Source: Rickettsiales bacterium
GTDB lineage: Bacteria; Pseudomonadota; Alphaproteobacteria; Rickettsiales; UBA3002
Direction: 5' to 3'
Length of the DNA: 64,000 bases
NCBI GenBank assembly: GCA_028281385.1
Contig: JANQJY010000070.1
Coordinates: forward strand, 12,158 to 76,157
Within the stretch, counting starts at the first letter, position 1. The number at the start of each line of letters is the position of its first letter. A program made the position numbers and the translations under genes. Below, piece after piece: positions 21,605 through 31,363 of this stretch. The notes beneath the pieces were generated by a model. That model was given only the letters and a program-made list of their open reading frames with translations, had not been told where the DNA came from and made no database searches.

Positions 21605-22698
21605 GACCGGAACGCATTAATGTAATGAACAGGTTCGGTATCACGCTTGGTCACTTTTCCGATGGGATAAACGGTTTCCCCGGCTTCTTCCAATGCGGTG
21701 ATGGTGGTCTGGGCGTGATCGGGTGCAACGATCATGACCATGCCGAGACCGCAATTGAAGGTAATCAGCATCTCATCCTCAGGCAATTGTCCACCCTCCT
21801 GTAACCAACCGAAGACCGGCGGCAGTGGCCAGCCTGCCAGATCGATCTCTGCCGCCAGATGATCGGGCAGGATGCGCGGGATATTTTCCGTCAGCCCGCC
21901 ACCGGTGATATGCGCCAGCGCGCGGATACGGCCTGTGTTGATTGCCTTCAGGCAGGAGGCGACATAAATTCGCGTTGGGGTGAGCAGGCTGTCGCCAAGC
22001 GATTGCGTGTCGTCATAAGGAGCAGGTTGATCCAGCACCGCGTTGGACTGTTCCACCAGCTTGCGCACCAGCGAGTAGCCGTTGGAATGCGCACCGCTCG
22101 AGGCCAGCCCGATGACCAGATCGTCTTCCTTCATATCAGGGGAGGGGAGCAGTTTCTCACGCTCCACCGCACCGACGGCAAAGCCGGCGAGATCATATTT
22201 CCCGGCAGGATACATACCCGGCATTTCGGCAGTCTCTCCGCCGATCAGAGAGCAGCCGGCCTCCTGGCAGCCCTCGGCGATGCCGGCGATGACCGCTTCT
22301 GCCTGATCGACTTCTAACGTTCCACAGGCAAAATAATCGAGAAAAAATAATGGCTCGGCACCCTGAACAATCAGGTCATTCACACACATGGCAACCAGAT
22401 CGATGCCGATAGAGCCATGTTTGCCATGTTGCTGGGCCAGCATCAGTTTGGTTCCTACCCCATCCGTGGCGGCAACGAGCACTGGGTCCTGATAGGTGGT
22501 TGCAGATAGCTGAAATAATCCGCCAAACCCGCCCAGACCGGACATGACGCCGTCTCTGCGGGTGGCGTCAACCAGAGTGGACAGACGCGAAACCAGTTGA
22601 TTCCCGGCCTCGATATTCACTCCGGCATTCCGGTAATGACCGGCGGCAGATTTATCCTTCGAAAGGTTGTGTTTTTTACTCACTTGCGCTACACCCAT
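21601..22698 (-). CDS. purM: phosphoribosylformylglycinamidine cyclo-ligase (AIR synthetase)
   Basis: 365 aa with the DGVGTK motif. Its stop overlaps the purN start by 4 nt. Confidence 0.95.
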   Translation of the reverse strand: MGVAQVSKKHNLSKDKSAAGHYRNAGVNIEAGNQLVSRLSTLVDATRRDGVMSGLGGFGGLFQLSATTYQDPVLVAATDGVGTKLMLAQQHGKHGSIGIDLVAMCVNDLIVQGAEPLFFLDYFACGTLEVDQAEAVIAGIAEGCQEAGCSLIGGETAEMPGMYPAGKYDLAGFAVGAVEREKLLPSPDMKEDDLVIGLASSGAHSNGYSLVRKLVEQSNAVLDQPAPYDDTQSLGDSLLTPTRIYVASCLKAINTGRIRALAHITGGGLTENIPRILPDHLAAEIDLAGWPLPPVFGWLQEGGQLPEDEMLITFNCGLGMVMIVAPDHAQTTITALEEAGETVYPIGKVTKRDTEPVHYINAFRS

Positions 22699-22737
22699 AG
22701 ATAGATAGTCATAAGAGAGTCAGGAAGGTTTGACAAG

Positions 22738-23817
22738 ATGCTTCACGCTCGCTGGAGAGTATTCTGGATAGTGGCCGTGATAATGGTGGGTTACAGCCTG
22801 CCGTCCCATGCGGTGGTGGAAGAGATTGAGGTGATTGCCGATGTTATCGGCACAGACCCCAGAGATGCGCAGGAAAAAGCCATTGATTATGCACAGAAAC
22901 GCGCCTTTTTTCTGGTACTGTCCAAACGTGATCCGCAAAATGCCGAACGCATTGCCCGCTCCATGACGACTGAACAGATTTTGCAGCATATACGCGGCTA
23001 TGAAATTTTGCAGGATAAATTCGAGGATAACCGCTATCTCGGTCAGTTCAAGGTCAGTGTATCGGATGATTTGGTACAACGTATGCTGGTGCCGGAAGAG
23101 TCGCTGATGCCGACGGAGAAACTGCCATTGCTGGTCATGCCGGTACTCAATGACGGCGAAAAAATCATGCTGTGGGATGAAGGCAATGTCTGGCGCAGTC
23201 TGTGGAATACGGTTGCGCTTGAAAAGGGCGAGAATCTGCTGGTGATGCCTTATGGCGATCCGACCGATATTGACATTGTCGATCATGCGACGGTGCTGTC
23301 CTATGACTATCAGCGGATGCTGCCTCTGATGCAGCGTTATGGCACCGATGAAATGGTGGTGGCACTGGCGACGTATAAGCAGGAAAGAGAACCGGTTGGG
23401 TTGTCGGTTACATTACGGCGGCTGGGTGTGGGAGTAGATAAGATCAAAGAGCTTTATTACGAAGCGGAAGAACCCGAAGTGACGCCGGAAGTCTTACTGG
23501 TGGATGCAGCGCATAACATTGCCGGGCAGCTGAAGGAAATTGCGCGGGCACGTGAAACAAGGCGGCAGCAGCAATTGCTGCAGGCAAAAGCAGTTCGCCT
23601 GCAGGCGCAGTTCCGGCGTGTATCGGAATGGGCGGAAATGCAGAACCGTCTGGCCAATCTGCCGCGCGTATTGCGGTTGGATGTAGAGAATATTTCGATC
23701 CGCAGTGCCGATGCCGTGCTGCATTTCGAAGGAGAAGAAACACATCTGATGCAGATGATGGCGGCCAATGGGATGCGTGTCCTGCCGCAGCATGGATATT
23801 GGGCGGTATCGTTCTAG
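22738..23817 (+). CDS. exported hypothetical protein, DUF2066-like (tentative)
   Basis: 359 aa with an N-terminal signal/TM. It is divergent from purM and lies upstream of a perM-like gene and hda, the synteny I associate with DUF2066. Confidence 0.5.
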   Translation: MLHARWRVFWIVAVIMVGYSLPSHAVVEEIEVIADVIGTDPRDAQEKAIDYAQKRAFFLVLSKRDPQNAERIARSMTTEQILQHIRGYEILQDKFEDNRYLGQFKVSVSDDLVQRMLVPEESLMPTEKLPLLVMPVLNDGEKIMLWDEGNVWRSLWNTVALEKGENLLVMPYGDPTDIDIVDHATVLSYDYQRMLPLMQRYGTDEMVVALATYKQEREPVGLSVTLRRLGVGVDKIKELYYEAEEPEVTPEVLLVDAAHNIAGQLKEIARARETRRQQQLLQAKAVRLQAQFRRVSEWAEMQNRLANLPRVLRLDVENISIRSADAVLHFEGEETHLMQMMAANGMRVLPQHGYWAVSF

Positions 23818-23847
23818 ACATCAGTGTTTCATGATGAAAGGGCGGGC

Positions 23848-24933
23848 ATGCCGATAGCAAAAACCTGGATAATCTGGCTGCTGATAGGGCTGGCCTTTTT
23901 TATTTTCATTTATGCGATTAAGGCGATTTTGCTGCCATTTGTCGTAGGCATATTGGTGGCATATTTGCTGGATCCGTTGGCGGACCGACTTGAGCGCCAT
24001 AAATGTTCGCGCACGGTGGCAACCGCAATTATTACTCTGGTGTTTTTTGCACTGGTCATTGCCGGACTCGTGGTGCTGGTGCCGGTACTGTATCATCAGG
24101 TGATGAATCTTATTCAGGTGCTGCCGGGTTATATTGACCAACTGAAGACGATGATCGGCCCCTATGTCAGTGATGTGCTGGTTCATATCAATGAAGAGGA
24201 TATTGCCGCTGTCAAGGATGGCGTCGGTTCGGTTTCCGGTTCGCTGCTGGCGGTAATGGCGCGTTTGAGCCGGGGCGTGCTGGATTCGGGGCTGGCAGTG
24301 TTTAATCTGATTTCGCTGATTGTGATCACACCGGTGGTGACTTTCTATCTTCTGCGGGACTGGGACAATATCGTTACCAGGATCGATGATCTACTGCCGC
24401 GCCCGTCGCGTGATGTGATTCACGAACAGCTAGTGCGCATTGATGATACGCTGGCAGGGTTCATGCGCGGGACATTGAATGTGATGCTCATACTCGGCAC
24501 CTTTTATGCGGTGACATTGTCACTGATGGAGCTGCCTTTCGCTATTGTCATTGGTCTGCTTGGCGGGCTGCTGATTATTATTCCCTATCTCGGCACGGTA
24601 ATCAGCGGTGCTTTGGCGGTTGGAGTGGCATATCTGCATTTCAATACCATCCAGGAAGTGCTGGTTGTGTTCGTAATTTTTGTGATTGGCCAGGTCCTGG
24701 AGGGCTATGCGCTGACGCCTAAACTGGTGGGGGACAGGGTAGGGCTGCACCCGGTCTGGCTGATTTTCGGCATGCTGGTCGGGGCGACCCTGTTCGGCTT
24801 CGTCGGTATTTTGCTAGCCGTGCCGGTAACGGCGGTGATCGGCGTTCTGGTCAAATTTGCTGCAGAGCAATATCGGGACAGCAGCCTGTATCAGGGAGAG
24901 AGGCGACCATCGAAAAAAGGAGCGTCTTCTTAA
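23848..24933 (+). CDS. AI-2E family transporter (PerM/YdiK-like)
   Basis: It is a polytopic membrane protein. The ATG at 23848 has an AAAGGG RBS, and an upstream GTG at 23824 is an alternative start. The IPYLG motif region is present. Confidence 0.85.
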   Translation: MPIAKTWIIWLLIGLAFFIFIYAIKAILLPFVVGILVAYLLDPLADRLERHKCSRTVATAIITLVFFALVIAGLVVLVPVLYHQVMNLIQVLPGYIDQLKTMIGPYVSDVLVHINEEDIAAVKDGVGSVSGSLLAVMARLSRGVLDSGLAVFNLISLIVITPVVTFYLLRDWDNIVTRIDDLLPRPSRDVIHEQLVRIDDTLAGFMRGTLNVMLILGTFYAVTLSLMELPFAIVIGLLGGLLIIIPYLGTVISGALAVGVAYLHFNTIQEVLVVFVIFVIGQVLEGYALTPKLVGDRVGLHPVWLIFGMLVGATLFGFVGILLAVPVTAVIGVLVKFAAEQYRDSSLYQGERRPSKKGASS

Positions 24934-24935
24934 GC

Positions 24936-25601
24936 ATGGCGCAGTTGGTAATGGATATTCCGGCTGAGACGAGCTATCGGGCAGAGGATTACCTCGTCTC
25001 GGAGAGTAACCGGCTGGCTTATGAGATGATTATGTCCTGGCCGGACTGGCCAAGCTATGGCATGTGGTTGCGTGGTCCCGAATCCAGCGGAAAAACCCAT
25101 CTGGCGCATGTCTGGGCAGAGCGTTCGAGCGCCGTGTTTTTACAACCGGAGAACGCAAAAATAACGGCCGATCAGCAGGTAAAAGCGTATAATGCTTTCA
25201 TTTTGGATGAAAATATCACAGAATTCGATGCAGACTGGCTGTTTCATTTTATGAATGCCTTGAAGGGAGAGGGCAAAAGCGTGTTGATCCTTCAGACAAC
25301 AGCGCCGGAGCAGATGGACTGGCCGACACCGGATCTAGCATCGCGTGTGCGTGCTCTGCCGCGCATGGAATTAACCTGCCCGGATGACGAATTGCTACAT
25401 GGCGTGACAATGAAAATGCTGGCGGACCGCCAATTGCGCATTATGCCCGATGCGTTGGATTACATGCTTAAACGTATAGGGCGATCCTTTGATGAGTTAC
25501 ATGATTTTGTTGAGTTGCTGGATAAAAAAGCGCTGGAACATAAGCAGAAATTAACCTTGCCGTTTATCCGGAAATGTTATGGCCAGTTGATGGACAGGTA
25601 A
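24936..25601 (+). CDS. hda: DnaA regulatory inactivator Hda/HdaA
   Basis: 221 aa with the Walker A-like GPESSGKTHL. It has the size and layout of a DnaA domain III-like protein, and the position after perM fits. Confidence 0.8.
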   Translation: MAQLVMDIPAETSYRAEDYLVSESNRLAYEMIMSWPDWPSYGMWLRGPESSGKTHLAHVWAERSSAVFLQPENAKITADQQVKAYNAFILDENITEFDADWLFHFMNALKGEGKSVLILQTTAPEQMDWPTPDLASRVRALPRMELTCPDDELLHGVTMKMLADRQLRIMPDALDYMLKRIGRSFDELHDFVELLDKKALEHKQKLTLPFIRKCYGQLMDR

Positions 25602-25605
25602 TGTC

Positions 25606-26676
25606 ATGGCGCATCACGTATTTAAATCGAGCTTCAGTTCGCACAGGAAGCGCAAAGAGCGTTTAAAGCAGGTGCATGTACTGGTGGCAGACCACGATGT
25701 GCGAATCGCCAGACTGGTCAGGACGGTACTCGAAAATTTTGGTTTCATGTATATCTATCTCGCAAAGACGAGTGATCAGGCGCTGAATTTCCTGGATACG
25801 GAACCGGTTGATTTGCTGATTACCGAATGGCCCATGTCGGTGGAAAATAACGTCAGTCTGGTGGAGCATATTCGAAAAGATATGTATTCACTTCATCGTG
25901 ATATTCCGATTATTGCACTGACGGGAAAGTCGGATATTGTTGATGTCGAAAATGCGCGTGATGCGGGGATTACGGAGTATCTTGTCAAGCCGTTTACGGC
26001 AAAAACATTGTCTAAACGTATCATGCAGGTGGTGGAAAATCCGCGTTCGTTCATTATTGCTCCGAATTTTGTCGGACCGGACCGTCGCCGTCATCGTAAA
26101 GATGCCGATGATACTGAAAATGAAAAACGAATGTCTCTGGAAGAATTGCAGCAATATGCTGTCATGCATGATGGAATGACGACCTATCATACGCCAGACT
26201 ATACTTTCAGCGTGCTTGTGCCAAATGAAGCATTGAGGGAAAAAATCGGTACCGATATCGATCTTGATGAACTCTTCAGTGAAGAGACCGTCGCAGAAGC
26301 GCAAAAAACGATCCTGACCATGCATGATGAATATCTGGACTGGGTGTCGATTGATCTGAACCGTCTTGAATATTCCTATACGGCATTGCAACAGGATTTA
26401 AGCGATCTTCAGCATTTGCAGGCGCTGGAAGAAATTGCTTTTACCATCAAATCGCAAGCGGGTATTTTCAGCTATGATCTGGCCTCGAAGGTGGGGAAAT
26501 TATTGTTTGATTATTTAAAAACAGTACAGATTCCAACACAGGATACATTGATGATTGTCCGTAAACATACTGATGTGCTATACGTCATTTTTCATCAGGA
26601 GATTACCGGATCGGGTGCAAAAATGGGCCATGAAATTCTGGATGTATTGCAGACATTGATAGAGAAGTATACGTGA
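25606..26676 (+). CDS. atypical receiver-domain protein with a C-terminal Hpt-like helical domain
   Basis: The REC fold is recognisable (ALTGK, YLVKPF), but the acceptor position reads LLITEW (Glu74) instead of Asp. A GPDRRR linker follows. The C-terminal AFTIKSQAG resembles the Hpt motif HxxKG with His replaced by Phe. Confidence 0.7.
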   Translation: MAHHVFKSSFSSHRKRKERLKQVHVLVADHDVRIARLVRTVLENFGFMYIYLAKTSDQALNFLDTEPVDLLITEWPMSVENNVSLVEHIRKDMYSLHRDIPIIALTGKSDIVDVENARDAGITEYLVKPFTAKTLSKRIMQVVENPRSFIIAPNFVGPDRRRHRKDADDTENEKRMSLEELQQYAVMHDGMTTYHTPDYTFSVLVPNEALREKIGTDIDLDELFSEETVAEAQKTILTMHDEYLDWVSIDLNRLEYSYTALQQDLSDLQHLQALEEIAFTIKSQAGIFSYDLASKVGKLLFDYLKTVQIPTQDTLMIVRKHTDVLYVIFHQEITGSGAKMGHEILDVLQTLIEKYT

Positions 26677-26687
26677 AAGAGAAACAG

Positions 26688-27062
26688 ATGACGAAACTGC
26701 TGATCATCGATGATAATATGAGTAATCGCCTTATTGCACGCCATATCTGTGAAGATTTACAGTATGAAGTAGAGGAGGCAGATGGGGTAAGCGCTGCGCT
26801 TGGCTATGTGGCCAGCGGTGAATATCCGATTATTCTGCTGGACTGGATGATGCCGGATATTGACGGGTTGGAATTTTTGTCCCTGCTGCGGGAAACAGAG
26901 CAGGGGCGGCAGGCCAAGGTCATTATGTGTACGGCGAAGACAGGCTTGGATAACAGGGAAAAAGCGCTTCAGGCCGGGGCGGATGCCTTTATCGAAAAAC
27001 CCTTGACACAGGAAGCGCTAAAGACAGCTATTGCGAATATCAGTGCACCACAGCCGGAATAA
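26688..27062 (+). CDS. single-domain CheY-like response regulator
   Basis: It begins MTKLLIIDDN and has LLDWMMPDIDG, CTAK and IEKPL. All canonical receiver residues are present. Confidence 0.85.
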   Translation: MTKLLIIDDNMSNRLIARHICEDLQYEVEEADGVSAALGYVASGEYPIILLDWMMPDIDGLEFLSLLRETEQGRQAKVIMCTAKTGLDNREKALQAGADAFIEKPLTQEALKTAIANISAPQPE

Positions 27063-27584
27063 TCATTCTGTACTGTAGATGTTGCGGGTCAGGTAATCCG
27101 TCAGATAACCAACAGCCGACTCCAGCATGCCCCACTCAGCAATGTCACAGTCAATCATTGCCAGAGCGCAGGTTGGAAATTTGATGGTCAGTCGCTGCAT
27201 GGCCTCTTCATTGCCGTCTGCCGCCAGAGTAAGGCACAGATGATGCAGGCCGGGGTTATGTCCGACAATCATCAGACTGTCACAGGCATTTCCATAACTC
27301 TGGACGGTTTTGATAATATGCCCGGCATCGGCCAGATAAAGCGCATCCGTAAAAGACACCTCTATCGGCTGATCCAGATGTTTATTTATGGTTTCAATCG
27401 TTTGTCTGGTGCGCAAAGCGGTAGAGCATAGCACTTGTTCAGGCAGCAATACCCGTTCCTGCAGGTAAAGCGCGAGGCTGGCAGCATTTTCCAGACCGCG
27501 TTTTGCCAGCGGCCGGTCGTGATCGTCCATGTCAGCGCTGCCGAGTTCCGCTTTAGCATGGCGTAGTATATAGAGTCTTTTCAC
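27063..27584 (-). CDS. sixA: SixA-type phosphohistidine phosphatase (histidine phosphatase superfamily)
   Basis: 173 aa with a GTG start. It has the RHAKA catalytic motif (MKRLYILRHAKAE) and GHNP later. Confidence 0.75.
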   Translation of the reverse strand: MKRLYILRHAKAELGSADMDDHDRPLAKRGLENAASLALYLQERVLLPEQVLCSTALRTRQTIETINKHLDQPIEVSFTDALYLADAGHIIKTVQSYGNACDSLMIVGHNPGLHHLCLTLAADGNEEAMQRLTIKFPTCALAMIDCDIAEWGMLESAVGYLTDYLTRNIYSTE

Positions 27585-27647
27585 GTTGCGTCACTTTACG
27601 AAGGGTGGTTTAATACATTATAAATACAAAGAAAATATAACCCGGAT

Positions 27648-29864
27648 ATGACAAAAGCAACTAGTAAATCTTCCGATCGGCATTTGCACCTTATTGCGCA
27701 CACACCGGAAAAGCGTGCAGCGGACATATATGATGAACCCGAGCAGCGTTTCATTAATCGTGAACTGTCCTGGCTGGCCTTTAACATGCGTGTTTTGCAG
27801 GAAGCGAATAATTCGGCAAACCCGTTGCTTGAACGGGTGAAGTTTCTGTCAATCTCGGCGACCAATCTGGATGAATTTTACATGGTGCGTGTTGCCGGGC
27901 TGAAAGACCAGTTGCGTCACAATATCATTACCACCAGTGCTGACGGCCTGACGCCGAGGGAGCAGCTGGAATCCATCCATGACATGGCGGCGGAGCTGAT
28001 TCATACGCAGCAGACATGCTGGCTGACATTGAAGGAAGAGTTGCGCGAAGAACAGATAGAAGTTATCTCACCCGATGAACTGACAGTCAGTGAGAAAGAA
28101 AAAGTCAAAAGTTATTTTCTGGATAATATTTTTCCGGTTTTAACGCCAATAGCGGTGGACCATGCGCACCCGTTTCCTTTCATTCCTAATCTTGGCAAGG
28201 CTCTGCTGTTTGAGCATTCAGTGCCTGGCTCGCAACAGCGGCGCATTACGCTGATATTGATACCGAATCAGCTGAAACGCTTTATCCGCATCAATGCGCG
28301 CGGCAAGAGCTATCGATTGATTGCGATTGAAGATATTATTACCCTGTTTTTCGAATCATTATTTCCGCGCTGTGAATTATATGAAAGTACCCTCTGCCGC
28401 ATCGTGCGCGACAGTGATCTGGAAATGGAAGAAGAAGCAGAAGACCTGGTCCGCTATTTTGAAAAGGCGGTAAAAAAACGCCGCCGCGGACGGGTGGTGC
28501 GCCTTAAGACACGCTATCCCACCTCGCGGCATATGAAACAGTTCATGCTTGATAACCTGCCGGCGTCAGAACATGACGTGCATGAGGTGGAGGGCATGAT
28601 CGATATGGCGAGTCTGGAGGAGCTGTATGATTGTGCACGCCCGGAACTGAAATTTATTCCCTTCAAAGTACGTTTTCCTGAGCGCATCAATGATTTTGGC
28701 GGTGATTGTTTTGCCGCGATTCAGGCCAAGGATATCATCGTTCATCATCCTTATGAGAGCTTTGATGTGGTGGTACAGTTTTTGCGCCAGGCAGCGGAGG
28801 ACCCGGAGGTGGTGTCGATCAAGCAAACCCTGTATCGCACCAGCAATGACTCCCCCATCGTTAGGGCGCTGATTGAAGCCGCAGAAGTGGGTAAAACGGT
28901 GACTGCCGTCGTAGAACTGAAAGCCCGTTTCGATGAAGAGGCGAATATCCGCTGGGCACGTGATATGGAGCGTGCTGGGGTGCAGGTCGTTTACGGTTTC
29001 ATGAAAATGAAAACCCATGCGAAATTATCGCTGGTGGTACGGCGGGTGGATGGCAAGCTCAAATCTTACGCGCATTTCGGCACCGGTAATTATCATCCCA
29101 CCACGGCAAAGGTTTATACCGACCTGTCCTATTTTACCTGCGATCCGGAACTGTGTCAGGATGCGTCGCATCTGTTCAATTTCATCACCGGCTATGTCAA
29201 ACCCGATAGTCTTGAGCATCTCAGTTGCGCACCGCATAATCTGCGTGAACGGTTGCTGGAATTGATCGGGCAGGAAATCATCCACGCCAGAGAGGGCAAA
29301 CCGGCTGCGATCTGGGCCAAGATGAATTCGCTGATTGATCCCGATATTATCGATGCGCTGTATGCCGCTTCCTGCGAGGGAGTACAGATCGATCTGGTAG
29401 TGCGTGGTATTTGCGGTATTCGTCCGGGTGTGAAGGGGCTGTCGGATAATATCCGCGTGAAAAGTATTATCGGCCGTTTTCTCGAACATTCGCGCATTTA
29501 CTGTTTTGCCAATGGCCAGCCTCTGCCATCGCCACAGGCAAAGGTTTTTATTTCCTCGGCTGACTGGATGGTCCGCAATTTCGATCATCGCGTCGAGGTC
29601 ATGGTGCCGATTGAGAATGAAACCGTGCATGCGCAGGTGCTCGATCAGATCATGGTGGCCAATCTGCGCGATGAAATGGGCAGCTGGATGCTGCATCCGG
29701 ATGGCACCTATGAGCGATTCTGTCAATATAGTGATTTGGATGCTTTCTCGGCGCATGCCTATTTTATGCATAATCCGAGCCTGTCGGGCCGGGGTAAAGC
29801 CTTGCGTAAGGGTGGCAAGCTGTCCTCTGGTAAATCGAATGCCCGGCGCGGACGAAAGAAATAA
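27648..29864 (+). CDS. ppk: polyphosphate kinase 1
   Basis: 738 aa with the FINRELSWLAFNMRVLQEA N-terminus and two PLD-like HKD-type C-terminal domains. Confidence 0.95.
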   Translation: MTKATSKSSDRHLHLIAHTPEKRAADIYDEPEQRFINRELSWLAFNMRVLQEANNSANPLLERVKFLSISATNLDEFYMVRVAGLKDQLRHNIITTSADGLTPREQLESIHDMAAELIHTQQTCWLTLKEELREEQIEVISPDELTVSEKEKVKSYFLDNIFPVLTPIAVDHAHPFPFIPNLGKALLFEHSVPGSQQRRITLILIPNQLKRFIRINARGKSYRLIAIEDIITLFFESLFPRCELYESTLCRIVRDSDLEMEEEAEDLVRYFEKAVKKRRRGRVVRLKTRYPTSRHMKQFMLDNLPASEHDVHEVEGMIDMASLEELYDCARPELKFIPFKVRFPERINDFGGDCFAAIQAKDIIVHHPYESFDVVVQFLRQAAEDPEVVSIKQTLYRTSNDSPIVRALIEAAEVGKTVTAVVELKARFDEEANIRWARDMERAGVQVVYGFMKMKTHAKLSLVVRRVDGKLKSYAHFGTGNYHPTTAKVYTDLSYFTCDPELCQDASHLFNFITGYVKPDSLEHLSCAPHNLRERLLELIGQEIIHAREGKPAAIWAKMNSLIDPDIIDALYAASCEGVQIDLVVRGICGIRPGVKGLSDNIRVKSIIGRFLEHSRIYCFANGQPLPSPQAKVFISSADWMVRNFDHRVEVMVPIENETVHAQVLDQIMVANLRDEMGSWMLHPDGTYERFCQYSDLDAFSAHAYFMHNPSLSGRGKALRKGGKLSSGKSNARRGRKK

Positions 29865-29869
29865 TCACG

Positions 29870-31363
29870 ATGCCTTATCCTCTTCCGCTGGAAGCGCTTT
29901 CCCCCAGTCCGGCTAATACGCAGGCGATTATCGATATCGGTTCGAACTCGGTGCGCATGGTGGTGTATCATGCACCGGTACGGGTGCCGGTGCCGTTGTT
30001 TAACGAGAAATATTTATGTGGGCTGGGTGAAATACTGGCTGCTACGGGCAGGTTGCATGAAGAAGCAAAGGCCAAGACCCGTCAGGTGCTGGAGCGTTTT
30101 CTGCTGATGACCGAACGACTGCATGTGCAGCATTTGTATATTATGGCGACAGCAGCGATTCGCGATGCGGAAGATGGCAGGGAGTTTGTGGCGGAACTGG
30201 AGAACGCTTACGGCGTTACCATTCATGTTATCAGCGGCGAAGAGGAAGCAGCGCTGGCGGCAAAGGGCATTATCGCTTCAAGTTATGCGCCGCATGGCAT
30301 TGCTGCTGATTTGGGGGGTGGTAGTATGGAGCTGGCCTATCTGCGCCGCGACAGCATCATCAAACAATCGACGCTGGAAGCGGGAGTATTGCGTTTGATG
30401 GAAGCCTGCGGCCAAGATATAATAGCGCTGACACAGGCGATCGATGAACATCTTGGCACTATCGACTGGCTGGGCAAGGTAACTGCACCACAGCTTTATG
30501 CCATTGGCGGTAGTTTTCGCAGTCTGGCGAAATGGCACATGCGCTCTACCGGCTATCCGTTAAAGATTTTGCATGAATATCACCTGTCTGCCAGGACGGT
30601 GAAAGAACAAGTGGCCTATTTGGGTGGTCTGTCCATTGCAGAGATTGCCGATCTGCCCGGCATGTCACGCAAACGTGCAACCATGGTGCTGCCGGCAGCG
30701 GTGACGCTTGAACGGGTGATGCATCATGCGGGCATGGATATGGTCTATTTCAGTGTTAGCGGTATTCGCGAAGGTTATCTCTATGACAGCCTGCCGGATA
30801 ATGTGAAATCGCAGGATCCGCTGATAGCGTCTGTCAGTGATTTGGCAGCACTGACCGGCCGTAAGGGCGAATATGCCGAAGAGTTGTTTGCCTGGATCGC
30901 GCCGCTATTTTTGCATGATACGGACGCGCAGATACGTCTGCGCAAGGCCGCATGTATTTTAGGTGAACTTGCCTGGACGATCGATCCCAATTTCCGTGGA
31001 GAATGGGCCTATTACCGGGTGATTCAATCCTCGCTTAAGGGACTGAGCCATAAGGAACGGGTGATGCTGGCGCTGGCGCTTTATTATCGCTATCACCGGA
31101 AATGGAAAAAGGATCAGGCCGAATTTGCATTGCTCGATGAACGTGAGCGCTTATGGGCAAAATGTTTGGGCCACGCGATGCATCTGGCATTTCATTTGTC
31201 AGGCGGTTATGCCGGCAATCTGCATCATGCGTCGCTGGTGGTTGATAATGAAGTATCGCTCGTTTTGGATGAGGCGGCAAAGCCTTTGCGCACGGCGGAA
31301 GTCGAAAAAAGGCTCGACGGATTGGGGTCAAGCTGGAGCGCTTTATCCAATCTTCTCATATAA
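29870..31363 (+). CDS. ppx: exopolyphosphatase (Ppx/GppA family)
   Basis: 497 aa. It has the IDIGSNSVRMVVY ASKHA-fold N-terminus and lies directly after ppk. Confidence 0.9.
   Translation: MPYPLPLEALSPSPANTQAIIDIGSNSVRMVVYHAPVRVPVPLFNEKYLCGLGEILAATGRLHEEAKAKTRQVLERFLLMTERLHVQHLYIMATAAIRDAEDGREFVAELENAYGVTIHVISGEEEAALAAKGIIASSYAPHGIAADLGGGSMELAYLRRDSIIKQSTLEAGVLRLMEACGQDIIALTQAIDEHLGTIDWLGKVTAPQLYAIGGSFRSLAKWHMRSTGYPLKILHEYHLSARTVKEQVAYLGGLSIAEIADLPGMSRKRATMVLPAAVTLERVMHHAGMDMVYFSVSGIREGYLYDSLPDNVKSQDPLIASVSDLAALTGRKGEYAEELFAWIAPLFLHDTDAQIRLRKAACILGELAWTIDPNFRGEWAYYRVIQSSLKGLSHKERVMLALALYYRYHRKWKKDQAEFALLDERERLWAKCLGHAMHLAFHLSGGYAGNLHHASLVVDNEVSLVLDEAAKPLRTAEVEKRLDGLGSSWSALSNLLI

Noticed and set aside
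29025-29771. 248-aa ORF antisense to ppk
   Set aside because: This is a shadow ORF. ppk on the + strand is unambiguous.
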